A stretch of 60,621 bases of DNA, taken from assembly GCA_001785115.1 (NCBI GenBank), contig MFSU01000076.1, positions 1 through 60,621 of the forward strand. The letters run 5' to 3'. The notes below the pieces were generated by a model. The model searched no databases. It was not told where the DNA came from and was given only the letters and a program-made list of their open reading frames with translations. Shown here in pieces: positions 19,013-28,296 of this stretch (positions within the stretch are counted from its first letter, which is position 1; the number at the start of each line of letters is the position of its first letter). Origin of the DNA: Candidatus Muproteobacteria bacterium RBG_16_65_34. GTDB lineage: Bacteria > Pseudomonadota > Gammaproteobacteria > Acidiferrobacterales > Sulfurifustaceae. The translations under genes and the position numbers were made by a program.

Positions 19013-19116
19013 GAATCAAGGGGTCAGAGTTGTTGAAATCTAATGGAGTTGTGCCATGGCTCGATTGCCAAGGATCGTCGTTCCCGGCCGAGTTTCAACA
19101 ACTCTGACCCCTTGAT
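19013..19116. repeat. Perfect 25-bp inverted repeats enclosing a 54-nt remnant that carries the first ~11 codons of a Y1 (IS200/RAYT-like) transposase
   Basis: AATCAAGGGGTCAGAGTTGTTGAAA at 19013-19037, exact reverse complement at 19092-19116. Inside: atg gct cga ttg cca agg atc gtc gtt ccc ggc = MARLPRIVVPG. Confidence 0.7.
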
Positions 19117-19125
19117 TTTCATTGG

Positions 19126-19488
19126 GTGAGATTTTTCGGGCTGTATGAAATCCCACCTGGAGACCTTATACGGAATACCGGCAAGGCACTAGTAGGTGCA
19201 GTTTTCCTTGGCATTATTTTCCGACATCAACGTTTTGTTTCGTGTGTTGGTTTACTTGGCCCAGCGTTGATAGTTCGCCAGTACACGATCGCGAGAGACA
19301 GCATCCCGGGCTCAAACCTTTATAGTTTCGTTATCGCGACGGACTGGGTGCTCACGATTTTGATCACCATTGTTGTGCTGACATCTGGAGCGACGACCAC
19401 CTGGCTGGTGGACGTCAAGAAAGGACGAAAAGGGGTGGACGAAAAGGACAAAAAGGGGTCGGAGGGGGTCAGACACCAGCAGCAATAG
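19126..19488 (+). CDS. Small hypothetical membrane protein (possible orphan immunity protein)
   Basis: 120 aa, AT-rich, alternative start codon. Hydrophobic segments and a Lys-rich tail, like 16563..16949. Confidence 0.35.
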   Translation: MRFFGLYEIPPGDLIRNTGKALVGAVFLGIIFRHQRFVSCVGLLGPALIVRQYTIARDSIPGSNLYSFVIATDWVLTILITIVVLTSGATTTWLVDVKKGRKGVDEKDKKGSEGVRHQQQ

Positions 19489-19545
19489 CGGCAGCAGCAA
19501 GTGACGCGCAGCAAGGAAGACCGAATCGTCATACTTGCCACTGGA

Positions 19546-19580
19546 AACTTGCAACTTGCAACTTGCTACTCGCTACTCCT
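19546..19580. repeat. Heptamer array AACTTGC x3 + TACTCGC-type x2, overlapping the stop of the GspE-like gene
   Basis: aacttgc aacttgc aacttgc tactcgc tactcct. Confidence 0.85.
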
Positions 19581-21393
19581 CCGGCGGCGGCGCGACCTTT
19601 ATTACCTCGTCGATAGTCGTTAACCCCGCAGCGATCTTGCGCGCGCCGGAGAGCCGCAGCGGTTGCATCCCGTCCTTGATTGCCTGGGCGCGCAGCGCCG
19701 ACACGTCGCTCTGCGGATGGACCAGTTTGCGCAGTGCGGGCGTCGTTGCGAACGCCTCGTAGATGCCGATGCGCCCGCGGTAGCCGGTGTTGCGGCACTC
19801 GAGGCAGCCCTTCGGGACATAGACCGGCGCGGGTTTGGGCACCTTCCACGGGCGCGTGAGCCGGCGCCAGGCTTCGTCCTCGACCTCGCCGGGTTGCTTG
19901 CAGTGCGGGCAGAGCGTGCGCACCAGGCGCTGCGCCAGCACGCCGATGAGGGTGGCGTTGATGAGGTAGGCCGGCGCGCCGAGCTCGAGCAGCCGCGTGA
20001 CCGCCGAGGGCGCGTCGTTGGTGTGCAGCGTCGAGAGCACGAGGTGGCCGGTGAGCGCCGCCTGGATCGCCATCTCCGCGGTCTCGAGATCGCGGATCTC
20101 GCCGATCATGATGATGTCGGGATCCTGGCGCAGCAGCGCACGCACGCCGGTCGCGAAATGGAGCTCGATATTGGGCTGAACCTGCATCTGGTTGAAGGCC
20201 GGTTCCACCATCTCGATCGGGTCCTCGATGGTGCAGACGTTCACCTCGGGCCGGGCGAGCTGCTTGAGCGTCGAGTACAGCGTCGTGGTCTTGCCCGAGC
20301 CCGTGGGGCCGGTGACGAGGATGATGCCGTGCGGCAGCGCGACCATGCCTTCCCAGAGCTTCACCTCGTGTGGGCTCAGGCCCAATCCCTCGAAGCTGCG
20401 CACGAGCACCGTGGGGTCGAAGATGCGCAGCACCATCTTCTCGCCCACCGCCGTGGGGATGGTGGAAAGTCTCAGTTCTACTTCGTCGCCCTCGGGCGTG
20501 CGGGTCTTCAGACGCCCGTCCAGGGGCCGGCGCTTCTCGGCGACGTCCATGCGCCCGACGGACTTGATGCGCGCGATCACCGCGCCCATCACCGGCGCCG
20601 GCATCTCGTAGACCGGGTGCAGCACGCCGTCGATGCGAAAACGCACCTCGGCTTGCTCGCGCCTGGGTTCCAGATGGATGTCGCTCGCGCGCTGCTCGAA
20701 GGCGTACTGCAAGAGCCAATCCACGACCTGCACGATGTGGTGGTCGTTCGCATCGAGCCGGCCCGCGCGCCCGAGCTGCACCAGTTGCTCGAGGTTCGTG
20801 ACGATGCTCGGCGCCGCCGCGTCGGCCTGGGCGCGCTGGACCGAGCGGCTCAGGGAGTAAAACTGATCGAGGTAGCGGGCGATGTCCGCGGGGTTGGCGA
20901 GCACGCGCGTGATCTTCTTGCGCAGCGCGCGGGCGAGCTCGTCCACCCACTCGGCGATATGCGGTTCGGCGGTGGCGAAGGTGACGGCGTCCTCGTTCAC
21001 CCGGATCGGCAGGATCCCGCGGCGCGCGCAATAGGCGTAGGACACCACCCCGGTGATCGCGGCGACGTCGATCTTCAGGGGATCGATGCGCTCGTAGGCG
21101 AGGCCGCTGCGCTCAGCGAGCCACTGGGTGAGCGCCTCCGCGGTGAGTGATTTATGCGGCGGCCGCAGGTCCTTGAAGCCTTTGTCGGCGATGACGGTGA
21201 GGGGGTGCGCGCCGGCTCGGGTCGCGGCGCGGCCCTCGCGCGTGAGCGCCGCCGCGTCGTCCTGGGACAGCCGCCCGTCAGCGACCAGGAGCCGGACCGC
21301 CTCGGACAAATCGAGCTTGCGCTCCGGCGGCGCGGTCCGGGGCGATTCGCTCGAGTCCTTGTCGGCCGATGGTGTGTGCGGGCGGCTGGCCAT
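19573..21393 (-). CDS. GspE/PilB-family secretion ATPase, with no neighbouring secretion genes
   Basis: 606 aa. Walker A GPTGSGKTTT, tetracysteine CPHC...CLEC, and a T2SSE N-terminal-type region. Confidence 0.85.
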   Translation of the reverse strand: MASRPHTPSADKDSSESPRTAPPERKLDLSEAVRLLVADGRLSQDDAAALTREGRAATRAGAHPLTVIADKGFKDLRPPHKSLTAEALTQWLAERSGLAYERIDPLKIDVAAITGVVSYAYCARRGILPIRVNEDAVTFATAEPHIAEWVDELARALRKKITRVLANPADIARYLDQFYSLSRSVQRAQADAAAPSIVTNLEQLVQLGRAGRLDANDHHIVQVVDWLLQYAFEQRASDIHLEPRREQAEVRFRIDGVLHPVYEMPAPVMGAVIARIKSVGRMDVAEKRRPLDGRLKTRTPEGDEVELRLSTIPTAVGEKMVLRIFDPTVLVRSFEGLGLSPHEVKLWEGMVALPHGIILVTGPTGSGKTTTLYSTLKQLARPEVNVCTIEDPIEMVEPAFNQMQVQPNIELHFATGVRALLRQDPDIIMIGEIRDLETAEMAIQAALTGHLVLSTLHTNDAPSAVTRLLELGAPAYLINATLIGVLAQRLVRTLCPHCKQPGEVEDEAWRRLTRPWKVPKPAPVYVPKGCLECRNTGYRGRIGIYEAFATTPALRKLVHPQSDVSALRAQAIKDGMQPLRLSGARKIAAGLTTIDEVIKVAPPPEE

Positions 21394-21541
21394 TTGCTGG
21401 TCTGGGCGCCGAAGCGGACGGCTCCGGTTGCGCTTCCTCCAGTATAGCGACGCCGGCGCGGACGCGCCTCGGGTTTGTGGTTTACAATGGTTGCGCGGTC
21501 GGACCGGGCCGCTTCAGACGACCCGCAGGTACCCGGCAGAA

Positions 21542-22171
21542 ATGGCGAACTCACTGGATCGGCTTTCCGCGCGCGCGGCATTGGTTGAGATCGCGCGCGA
21601 CTTTCACGCGCGCGGCTGGATGCACGGCACGGCCGGGAACCTGAGCGCGCGCGAGGACGCCGAGCATTTCTGGGTCACGGCCAGCGGCCAACCCAAGGGA
21701 CGGCTCGACGAGAGCGATTTTCTGCTGGTGCGCGCGGCCGACGGCGCGGTCATCGAAAGCGCGCGCGCCGGCAACAAGCCCTCCGCCGAAACCGCCATCC
21801 ACCGGGCGATCTATGCGCTCGCCCCGGAGGCGCGCGCCTGCCTGCACGGTCACAGCGTGGACGCCTGCCTGGTCTCGGCGCGCGCCAGGCCGAAGGCCAG
21901 GGCATTGCGGCTGCCGCAGATCGAGATGGTCAAAGGCCTCGACATCTGGGAACAGAAACCCAAGGCCGATCTGCCGCTTTTCGAGAATACGCTCGATGTG
22001 GCGCGGATTGCCGAGGAGATCGGCAGGCGTTTTCGCAAGGCCCCGCCCGCGGTCAGCGCGCTCCTCGTGCGCGCCCACGGCGCGACCGTCTGGGGCCGGG
22101 GTCTCCAGGAGGCGTACAACCGCTTCGAGGTCCTCGAGTTCATTCTGGGCTACATGGCCCGCACACGTTGA
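21542..22171 (+). CDS. mtnB: Methylthioribulose-1-phosphate dehydratase (class II aldolase fold)
   Basis: Start MANSLDRL at 21542. GWMHGTAGNLSAR, PSAETAIH and HGHS motifs. The ORF-track 5' extension overlaps the divergent gene. Confidence 0.8.
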   Translation: MANSLDRLSARAALVEIARDFHARGWMHGTAGNLSAREDAEHFWVTASGQPKGRLDESDFLLVRAADGAVIESARAGNKPSAETAIHRAIYALAPEARACLHGHSVDACLVSARARPKARALRLPQIEMVKGLDIWEQKPKADLPLFENTLDVARIAEEIGRRFRKAPPAVSALLVRAHGATVWGRGLQEAYNRFEVLEFILGYMARTR

Positions 22172-22213
22172 GGCGACCCGATGGAACCCAATAGCGGAAG
22201 AACGGCACGGCGC

Positions 22214-22774
22214 ATGAAAATACTCACGCGCACTCTGCTCGCCGGTGTCGGCGTGCTCGTGCTCGGGCTCGTCGTGGCGCTGTTTCTGCCCGCGACCTGG
22301 AAGGTCGAGCGCGCGATTGTCGTCCACGCGCCGCCCGCCGCCGTCTTTCCCTATCTCAACACGCTCAAGAAGTGGTCCGAGTGGACCGTCTGGTACGACG
22401 AGGGCACGGAACGCCAGGTCAGTTTCGAGGGACCCGATGCGGGCGTGGGCGCGATCATGCGCTGGGCCGACCGCAAGAGCCGCGGCGAGCTGAAGATCGT
22501 CGAAAGCCGCCCGCGCGAGTTCCTGGCCTACGATCTCGCCTTCAACGAGGGCGAATTCACGATGCGCGGCGAGTTCGCGCTCGCGCCCGTTGCCGAAGGG
22601 ACCCGGGTCATATGGAGCTCCCACGGGGACGTCGAGGGCAAACTCCTGGGCCGGTATTTCATCCTCCCGCTCGACCGCCTGATGGGCGGCGACTTCGAGC
22701 GCAATCTGGCGCGCCTCAAGCAAAGGATTGAAACATCTGGAGCACGGGAGCGGTCTAAACCCCGGGCGCAATAG
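22214..22774 (+). CDS. SRPBCC-superfamily protein with an N-terminal membrane anchor
   Basis: MKILTRTLLAGVGVLVLGLVVALF, then a polyketide-cyclase/START-like pattern (VHAPPAAVFPYLNTLKKWSEW). Confidence 0.55.
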   Translation: MKILTRTLLAGVGVLVLGLVVALFLPATWKVERAIVVHAPPAAVFPYLNTLKKWSEWTVWYDEGTERQVSFEGPDAGVGAIMRWADRKSRGELKIVESRPREFLAYDLAFNEGEFTMRGEFALAPVAEGTRVIWSSHGDVEGKLLGRYFILPLDRLMGGDFERNLARLKQRIETSGARERSKPRAQ

Positions 22775-22821
22775 GGGCTCATTCGCCCGGGGCGTTGTTC
22801 TTTGGTAAGGTGTAAGTCGCT

Positions 22822-24207
22822 ATGCGGCGCTTGCGTATCCTGTTCTTGTTACTGCTTGCCGCTTGGCCGTGGATGTCGCCGGCCAAGGATGCGGTTGCGC
22901 CCGGGCAAGTCGTGCTCCTGAACGTGAGCGGTGCGATCGGCCCCGCGACCGCCGATTACGTAAGCCGCGGCCTGGCCAAGGCCAAGGACATGAACGCCAT
23001 GCTCGTGGTGCTGCGCATGGACACCCCGGGCGGGCTCGACACCTCGATGCGCAAGATCATCCAGGACATCCTGGCCTCGCCCGTGCCGGTGGCGACCTTC
23101 GTCGCACCCTCGGGGGCGCGGGCGGCGAGCGCCGGCACTTATATATTGCTCGCCTCGCACGTCGCGGCCATGGCCCCGGCCACCAATCTCGGCGCGGCCA
23201 CCCCGGTGCGCATCGGCGGCGTGCCCGACCCGGGCGCGCCGCAGCAGCCGCCGCGGCCGGAAGGAAAGGACGAGGGCGGCAAGGACAAGCAGGACAAGGC
23301 CAAGCCCGCGAAGCCGGGCCTGGACGAGAAGGCCCTGAACGACGCCATCGCCTACATCCGCAGCCTCGCGCAGATGCGCGGGCGCAACGCCGCGTGGGCG
23401 GAGAAGGCCGTGCGCGAGGCGGCGTCGCTGCCGGCCGAGGAGGCGGTGAAGCAGAATGTCGCCGATCTCCTCGCCGCCGACGTGCCGGATCTTCTGAAAA
23501 AGCTCGACGGCCGCAAGCTCACCATCGACTCCCGCCAGGCGACGCTTTCGACCAAGGACCGCCTGGTGACCACCATCGATCCGGACTGGCGCAGCAAGCT
23601 GCTGTCCGTCATCACCGATCCCAACATCGCCTACATCCTCATGCTGCTCGGGATCTACGGACTGTTTTTCGAGCTCTGGAACCCCGGCTACGTGCTGCCC
23701 GGCGTGGTCGGCGGCATTTGTTTACTGCTCGCGCTCTATGCGTTCCAGGTCCTGCCCATCAGTTACGCGGGCCTGGGGCTCATTCTGCTCGGGATCGTCT
23801 TCATGGTGGCCGAGGCGTTCATGCCGAGCTTCGGCGCGCTCGGGATCGGCGGGGTGATCGCGTTCGCCGTGGGCTCGATCATATTGATGGATACCGACGT
23901 CGAGGGCTACACCATCGCCTGGCCGCTCATCGCGACGGTCGCGGTGGCGAGCGCGTTGTTCTTCTTCGCCGTGGTAGCGCTGGCGGTCAAGGCGCGCAGG
24001 CGCGCCGTGGTGAGCGGCGGTGAGGAGATGATCGGCGCCGTCGGCGCGGCGCTCGAGGACTTCGCGGAGAGCGGGCGCGTGCACGTGCACAGCGAGGACT
24101 GGCAGGCGCGCACGCGCGCGCCCCTAAAGCGCGGCCAGAAAGTGAGGGTGGTCGAGCGGGAAGGGCTGATCTTGATCGTCGAACCGTACACACCGGAGGG
24201 CACGTAA
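22822..24207 (+). CDS. NfeD-family membrane-bound serine protease
   Basis: 461 aa. ClpP-like N-terminal domain, multiple TM helices and a C-terminal OB-like NfeD domain. Followed 2 nt later by the SPFH gene. Confidence 0.8.
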   Translation: MRRLRILFLLLLAAWPWMSPAKDAVAPGQVVLLNVSGAIGPATADYVSRGLAKAKDMNAMLVVLRMDTPGGLDTSMRKIIQDILASPVPVATFVAPSGARAASAGTYILLASHVAAMAPATNLGAATPVRIGGVPDPGAPQQPPRPEGKDEGGKDKQDKAKPAKPGLDEKALNDAIAYIRSLAQMRGRNAAWAEKAVREAASLPAEEAVKQNVADLLAADVPDLLKKLDGRKLTIDSRQATLSTKDRLVTTIDPDWRSKLLSVITDPNIAYILMLLGIYGLFFELWNPGYVLPGVVGGICLLLALYAFQVLPISYAGLGLILLGIVFMVAEAFMPSFGALGIGGVIAFAVGSIILMDTDVEGYTIAWPLIATVAVASALFFFAVVALAVKARRRAVVSGGEEMIGAVGAALEDFAESGRVHVHSEDWQARTRAPLKRGQKVRVVEREGLILIVEPYTPEGT

Positions 24208-24208
24208 C

Positions 24209-24964
24209 ATGGCATTTATTTCATCGAGCTTCGTCCTGCTCATCGTCGTACTGCTGATCTTCTCCTCGTTCCGCATCCTGCGCGAATACGAGCGCGGCGT
24301 CGTGTTCCTGCTCGGGCGCTTCTGGAAGGTCAAGGGTCCGGGGCTGATCATCGTGATTCCCGGCGTGATGCAGATGGTGCGGGTGGACCTGCGCATCGTG
24401 GTGATGGATGTGCCGCCGCAGGATGTGATCTCGCGCGACAACGTCTCGGTCAAGGTCAACGCGGTGGTGTTCTTCCGCGTCATCGACCCGCAGCGCGCCA
24501 TCATCCAGGTGGAGGACTACTACGGCGCCACCAACCAGCTCGCCCAGACCACCCTGCGCTCCGTGCTCGGCAAGCACGAGCTCGACGAGATGCTCGCCGA
24601 GCGCGACAAGCTCAATGTCGATATCCAGAAGATCCTGGACGCCGCCACCGACGCCTGGGGCATCAAGGTGACGAGCGTCGAGATCAAGCACGTGGATATC
24701 GATCCCACCATGGTGCGCGCCATTGCGCGCCAGGCTGAGGCCGAACGCGAACGGCGCGCCAAGGTGATCCACGCCGAGGGCGAGTTGCAGGCCTCCGAGA
24801 AGCTGGCGCAGGCGGCGCAGGTGCTGGCCCAGCAGCCGCAGGCGATCCAGTTGCGTTACCTCGAGACGTTGACCGTGATCGCCGCCGACAAGAACTCCAC
24901 GATCGTGTTCCCGCTGCCAATCGATCTGATTTCGGCGTTCATAGAGGCGGCGAAGAAAAAATAG
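24209..24964 (+). CDS. SPFH/band-7 (stomatin-like) protein
   Basis: 251 aa. [13 protein letters not shown]...[18 protein letters not shown] is typical of SPFH proteins. Confidence 0.85.
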   Translation: MAFISSSFVLLIVVLLIFSSFRILREYERGVVFLLGRFWKVKGPGLIIVIPGVMQMVRVDLRIVVMDVPPQDVISRDNVSVKVNAVVFFRVIDPQRAIIQVEDYYGATNQLAQTTLRSVLGKHELDEMLAERDKLNVDIQKILDAATDAWGIKVTSVEIKHVDIDPTMVRAIARQAEAERERRAKVIHAEGELQASEKLAQAAQVLAQQPQAIQLRYLETLTVIAADKNSTIVFPLPIDLISAFIEAAKKK

Positions 24965-25025
24965 TTCAAAGTTCAAAGTTCAAGGTTTTCCAGGGTGCCT
25001 TGAACCTGAAACTTGGAACTTTGAA
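24963..25025. repeat. Hairpin of tandem heptamers: AGTTCAA x3 / (C)CTTGAA-type x4, between convergent genes
   Basis: agttcaa x3 (24963-24983), loop, then ccttgaa cctgaaa cttggaa ctttgaa (24998-25025). Confidence 0.9.
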
Positions 25026-25030
25026 CTCGG

Positions 25031-25600
25031 TTACTCAACGATCCACCCATCGATCGCGACCGGGCCGCTGGACAGGCCGAATTCCAGCCAAGGGTAGAAG
25101 CCTTCGGCGTTCGGCAGGCTCGCGCTCGTGAGCACGATCAGGTTCGGCGCGCCGCCCGGAGTTGCAAAGGGTATCCAGCGATCGCCGGCGCGGATGAAGA
25201 GCGGCTCCTCGATGAGCTGAAAATGCGCCGACCACGTCCCGTCCGCGTTCCGGTAATAGCGGATGCGGATCGAGCACAGCAAAATCCGCTCGACACCGCT
25301 TCCCTGATAGAGCGCCACCGTGCGTTCGGGTGGCTGCGTTCCGGGCTGTATGGCGCCGCCCGGCAGGACGCGCCATTTTTCCTGCGGCTTGCCGGCGTTG
25401 GGTGATGGGGAGAGACCTGCCTTCGGCGGGATGGCGGTATTGACGAGCGCGCCGCCGCGCCCGTGCTGCAAAACCGCCAGAGCGGGTTGAGCGGGTTCGT
25501 CATCGGCCTGGGCCGGTGCGAGGCCGAGCGCCAGGCATAGCCCTGCACCGAGAAGGCCGCAGTGGCGCAAGAATCGGCGCTCTGGCGCGAGGTTTCCCAT
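25031..25600 (-). CDS. Hypothetical secreted protein
   Basis: 189 aa. Signal-peptide-like LLGAGLCLALGLAPAQA. No family recognised. Confidence 0.5.
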   Translation of the reverse strand: MGNLAPERRFLRHCGLLGAGLCLALGLAPAQADDEPAQPALAVLQHGRGGALVNTAIPPKAGLSPSPNAGKPQEKWRVLPGGAIQPGTQPPERTVALYQGSGVERILLCSIRIRYYRNADGTWSAHFQLIEEPLFIRAGDRWIPFATPGGAPNLIVLTSASLPNAEGFYPWLEFGLSSGPVAIDGWIVE

Positions 25601-25617
25601 GCGATCGCTCCCGTGGG

Positions 25618-26016
25618 TTATTCCGGCGGCACCGGGCGCTTGCGGCGGTTCGCGTCGAGCGCCACATAGGTCAGCGTCGCCTCGGTGACCATCACGACCT
25701 CGCCGGGATTTTCCGAGTGCCAGCCGCGCTCGGCGAAGACCCGGACATCCACGGTGAGCGAGGTCGTGCCCACGCCGGTCACCTTGGCGTAGAAGCTCGC
25801 CACGTCGCTCACGAACACCGGCTTTTTGAAAAAAAACGAGTTCACCGCAACGGTGACGATGCGCCCACCGGCGCGGCGGCTCGCGACGATAGAGCCGGCG
25901 ATGTCCACCTGCGACATGATCCAGCCGCCGAAGATATCGCCCGCGGCGTTGGTGTCCGCCGGCAGTGGCACCACGCGTAACGTGGGTTGTTCGGTGGGCA
26001 AAGTATCCGCAGCCAT
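25618..26016 (-). CDS. Acyl-CoA thioesterase (hotdog fold, YciA-like)
   Basis: Start MAADTL, preceded by GAGGAGG. The motif NAAGDIFGGWIMSQVD is typical. Confidence 0.75.
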   Translation of the reverse strand: MAADTLPTEQPTLRVVPLPADTNAAGDIFGGWIMSQVDIAGSIVASRRAGGRIVTVAVNSFFFKKPVFVSDVASFYAKVTGVGTTSLTVDVRVFAERGWHSENPGEVVMVTEATLTYVALDANRRKRPVPPE

Positions 26017-26039
26017 GTCGCCTCCTCGGGTTTCAGGCC

Positions 26040-27002
<963 letters not shown>

Positions 27003-27014
27003 TTATGAATTCAC

Positions 27015-27120
27015 CACAGAGGACACAGAGAGCACAGAGAAATTGAATGATAAAGGTTTACGAAGGAAGTCTGTTAGCACTGTCAATTTCGGTTTCTCCG
27101 TGTCCTCTGTGCCCTCTGTG
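27015..27120. repeat. CACAGAG-family hairpin: CACAGAG x3 (9-nt period) / CTCTGTG-type x3
   Basis: Left arm 27015-27039, right arm 27096-27120. Shares accacagaggacacagag and cctctgtgccctctgtg with 48433-48491. Confidence 0.9.
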
Positions 27121-27133
27121 GTTCAAAATAATC

Positions 27134-27679
27134 TCATCCCGGCCGCACGAGCTCGCCCGTGACGGCGTCGCGGATCGGCGTCGGCGCGTGCGCGTCGCCG
27201 ACGGCGCCGGGCAGGACATAGTCGAGCAGCCCGCCGAAGCGGCGCAGCACCTCGCGGCGGCTGCGCGCCGGGGCCTCGCCCGCGCGGTTGGCGCTGGTCG
27301 AGACCAGCGCCATCCCGGCTGCCTTGCAGAGCGCGGCGGCCTGCGGGTGGGCCGTGACGCGCACCGCGATGCGTGGGTTATGACCGGCGATCCAGCGGGG
27401 CGCGCCTTCCTTCGTTGGGAGCAGCCAAGTGTGCGGACCGGGCCAGGTGGATAAGACCCGCGGCGGAACGTCCGCGACATAGGACGCGAGTTGCGCCGCG
27501 TCCGCGGCGATGAGGATAAGCCCCTTGCTCACGGGGCGGCGCTTGAGGTGCAGCAGTTTAAGCACCGCGGCGCGGTTGCGCGGATCGCAACCGAAGCCGA
27601 AGCAGTACTCGGTGGCGTAGGCGATGATGCCGCCCCGGCGGAGAATTTTTGCCGCTCGTCGCAGCTCGCCGAAGTACAC
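27134..27679 (-). CDS. tsaC: L-threonylcarbamoyladenylate synthase (YrdC/TsaC type)
   Basis: 181 aa. GGIIAYATEYCFGFGCDP and SANRAGE motifs. Confidence 0.8.
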   Translation of the reverse strand: MYFGELRRAAKILRRGGIIAYATEYCFGFGCDPRNRAAVLKLLHLKRRPVSKGLILIAADAAQLASYVADVPPRVLSTWPGPHTWLLPTKEGAPRWIAGHNPRIAVRVTAHPQAAALCKAAGMALVSTSANRAGEAPARSRREVLRRFGGLLDYVLPGAVGDAHAPTPIRDAVTGELVRPG

Positions 27680-27685
27680 GGCAGG

Positions 27686-28192
27686 CTACTTCCCGAACTT
27701 TTTGTGCACCGTCTCGTTCTTGGCCAGCACCTCGGCGGCGTTGGCCCGGCGGTCCGCGGCGAGGCGTTGCGCCAGCTCCTGGTCCGCAAGCGCGAGGATC
27801 TGCGCGGCGAGGACGGCGGCGTTCTTCGCACCCGCCCTTCCGATGGCGACACAGGCGACCGGAACCCCGCCCGGCATCATCACCGTGGAGAGCAGCGCGT
27901 CCTGACCCTTGAGCGGGCCGCCCTCCATCGGTACGCCGATCACCGGCTTATGGGTCAGCGCCGCCACCGTGCCGGCGAGATGCGCCGCCATGCCGGCGGC
28001 GGCGATGAACACCGCGCAGCCGCGTCGATCGGCGTCCTTCACGTAGGCATGCGTGGCATCGGGCGTGCGGTGCGCGGAGAGCACGTTGACCTCGCGCGCC
28101 ACACCGAGCTTATCGAGCGTATCGATGCAGGCCTGCATGGTGTCGAGATCGGAGTCCGACCCCATGAGGATGGCGACGAAGGTCTTGGTCAT
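27686..28192 (-). CDS. purE: 5-(carboxyamino)imidazole ribonucleotide mutase
   Basis: 168 aa. [16 protein letters not shown] and [10 protein letters not shown]. Confidence 0.95.
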   Translation of the reverse strand: MTKTFVAILMGSDSDLDTMQACIDTLDKLGVAREVNVLSAHRTPDATHAYVKDADRRGCAVFIAAAGMAAHLAGTVAALTHKPVIGVPMEGGPLKGQDALLSTVMMPGGVPVACVAIGRAGAKNAAVLAAQILALADQELAQRLAADRRANAAEVLAKNETVHKKFGK

Positions 28193-28202
28193 AACTAATT
28201 CA

Positions 28203-28295
28203 CAGGATTAACAGGATTTTTCAGGATTAACAGGATTAAAGCAATTTTTTGAAGTGAAGTAATCCTGTGAATCCTGAAAAATCCTGTTAATCCTG
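28203..28295. repeat. CAGGATT-family hairpin: CAGGATT x4 / AATCCTG x4, ~36-bp stem with one mismatch and a 23-nt loop
   Basis: The right arm plus one base (28261-28296) is identical to 47100-47135. Confidence 0.95.
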
Positions 28296-28296
28296 T

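Noticed and set aside
18913-19107. 64-aa ORF spanning the end of the 140-bp repeat and the 25-bp inverted repeat
   Set aside because: It is made up of repeat and remnant sequence. Its only meaningful coding piece is an out-of-frame 11-codon transposase start.
19529-22771. ORFs 19529..21031 (-), 19663..21150 (+) and 21551..22771 (-)
   Set aside because: They overlap the GspE-like ATPase, mtnB and the SRPBCC gene in alternative frames. The real genes carry clear family motifs.
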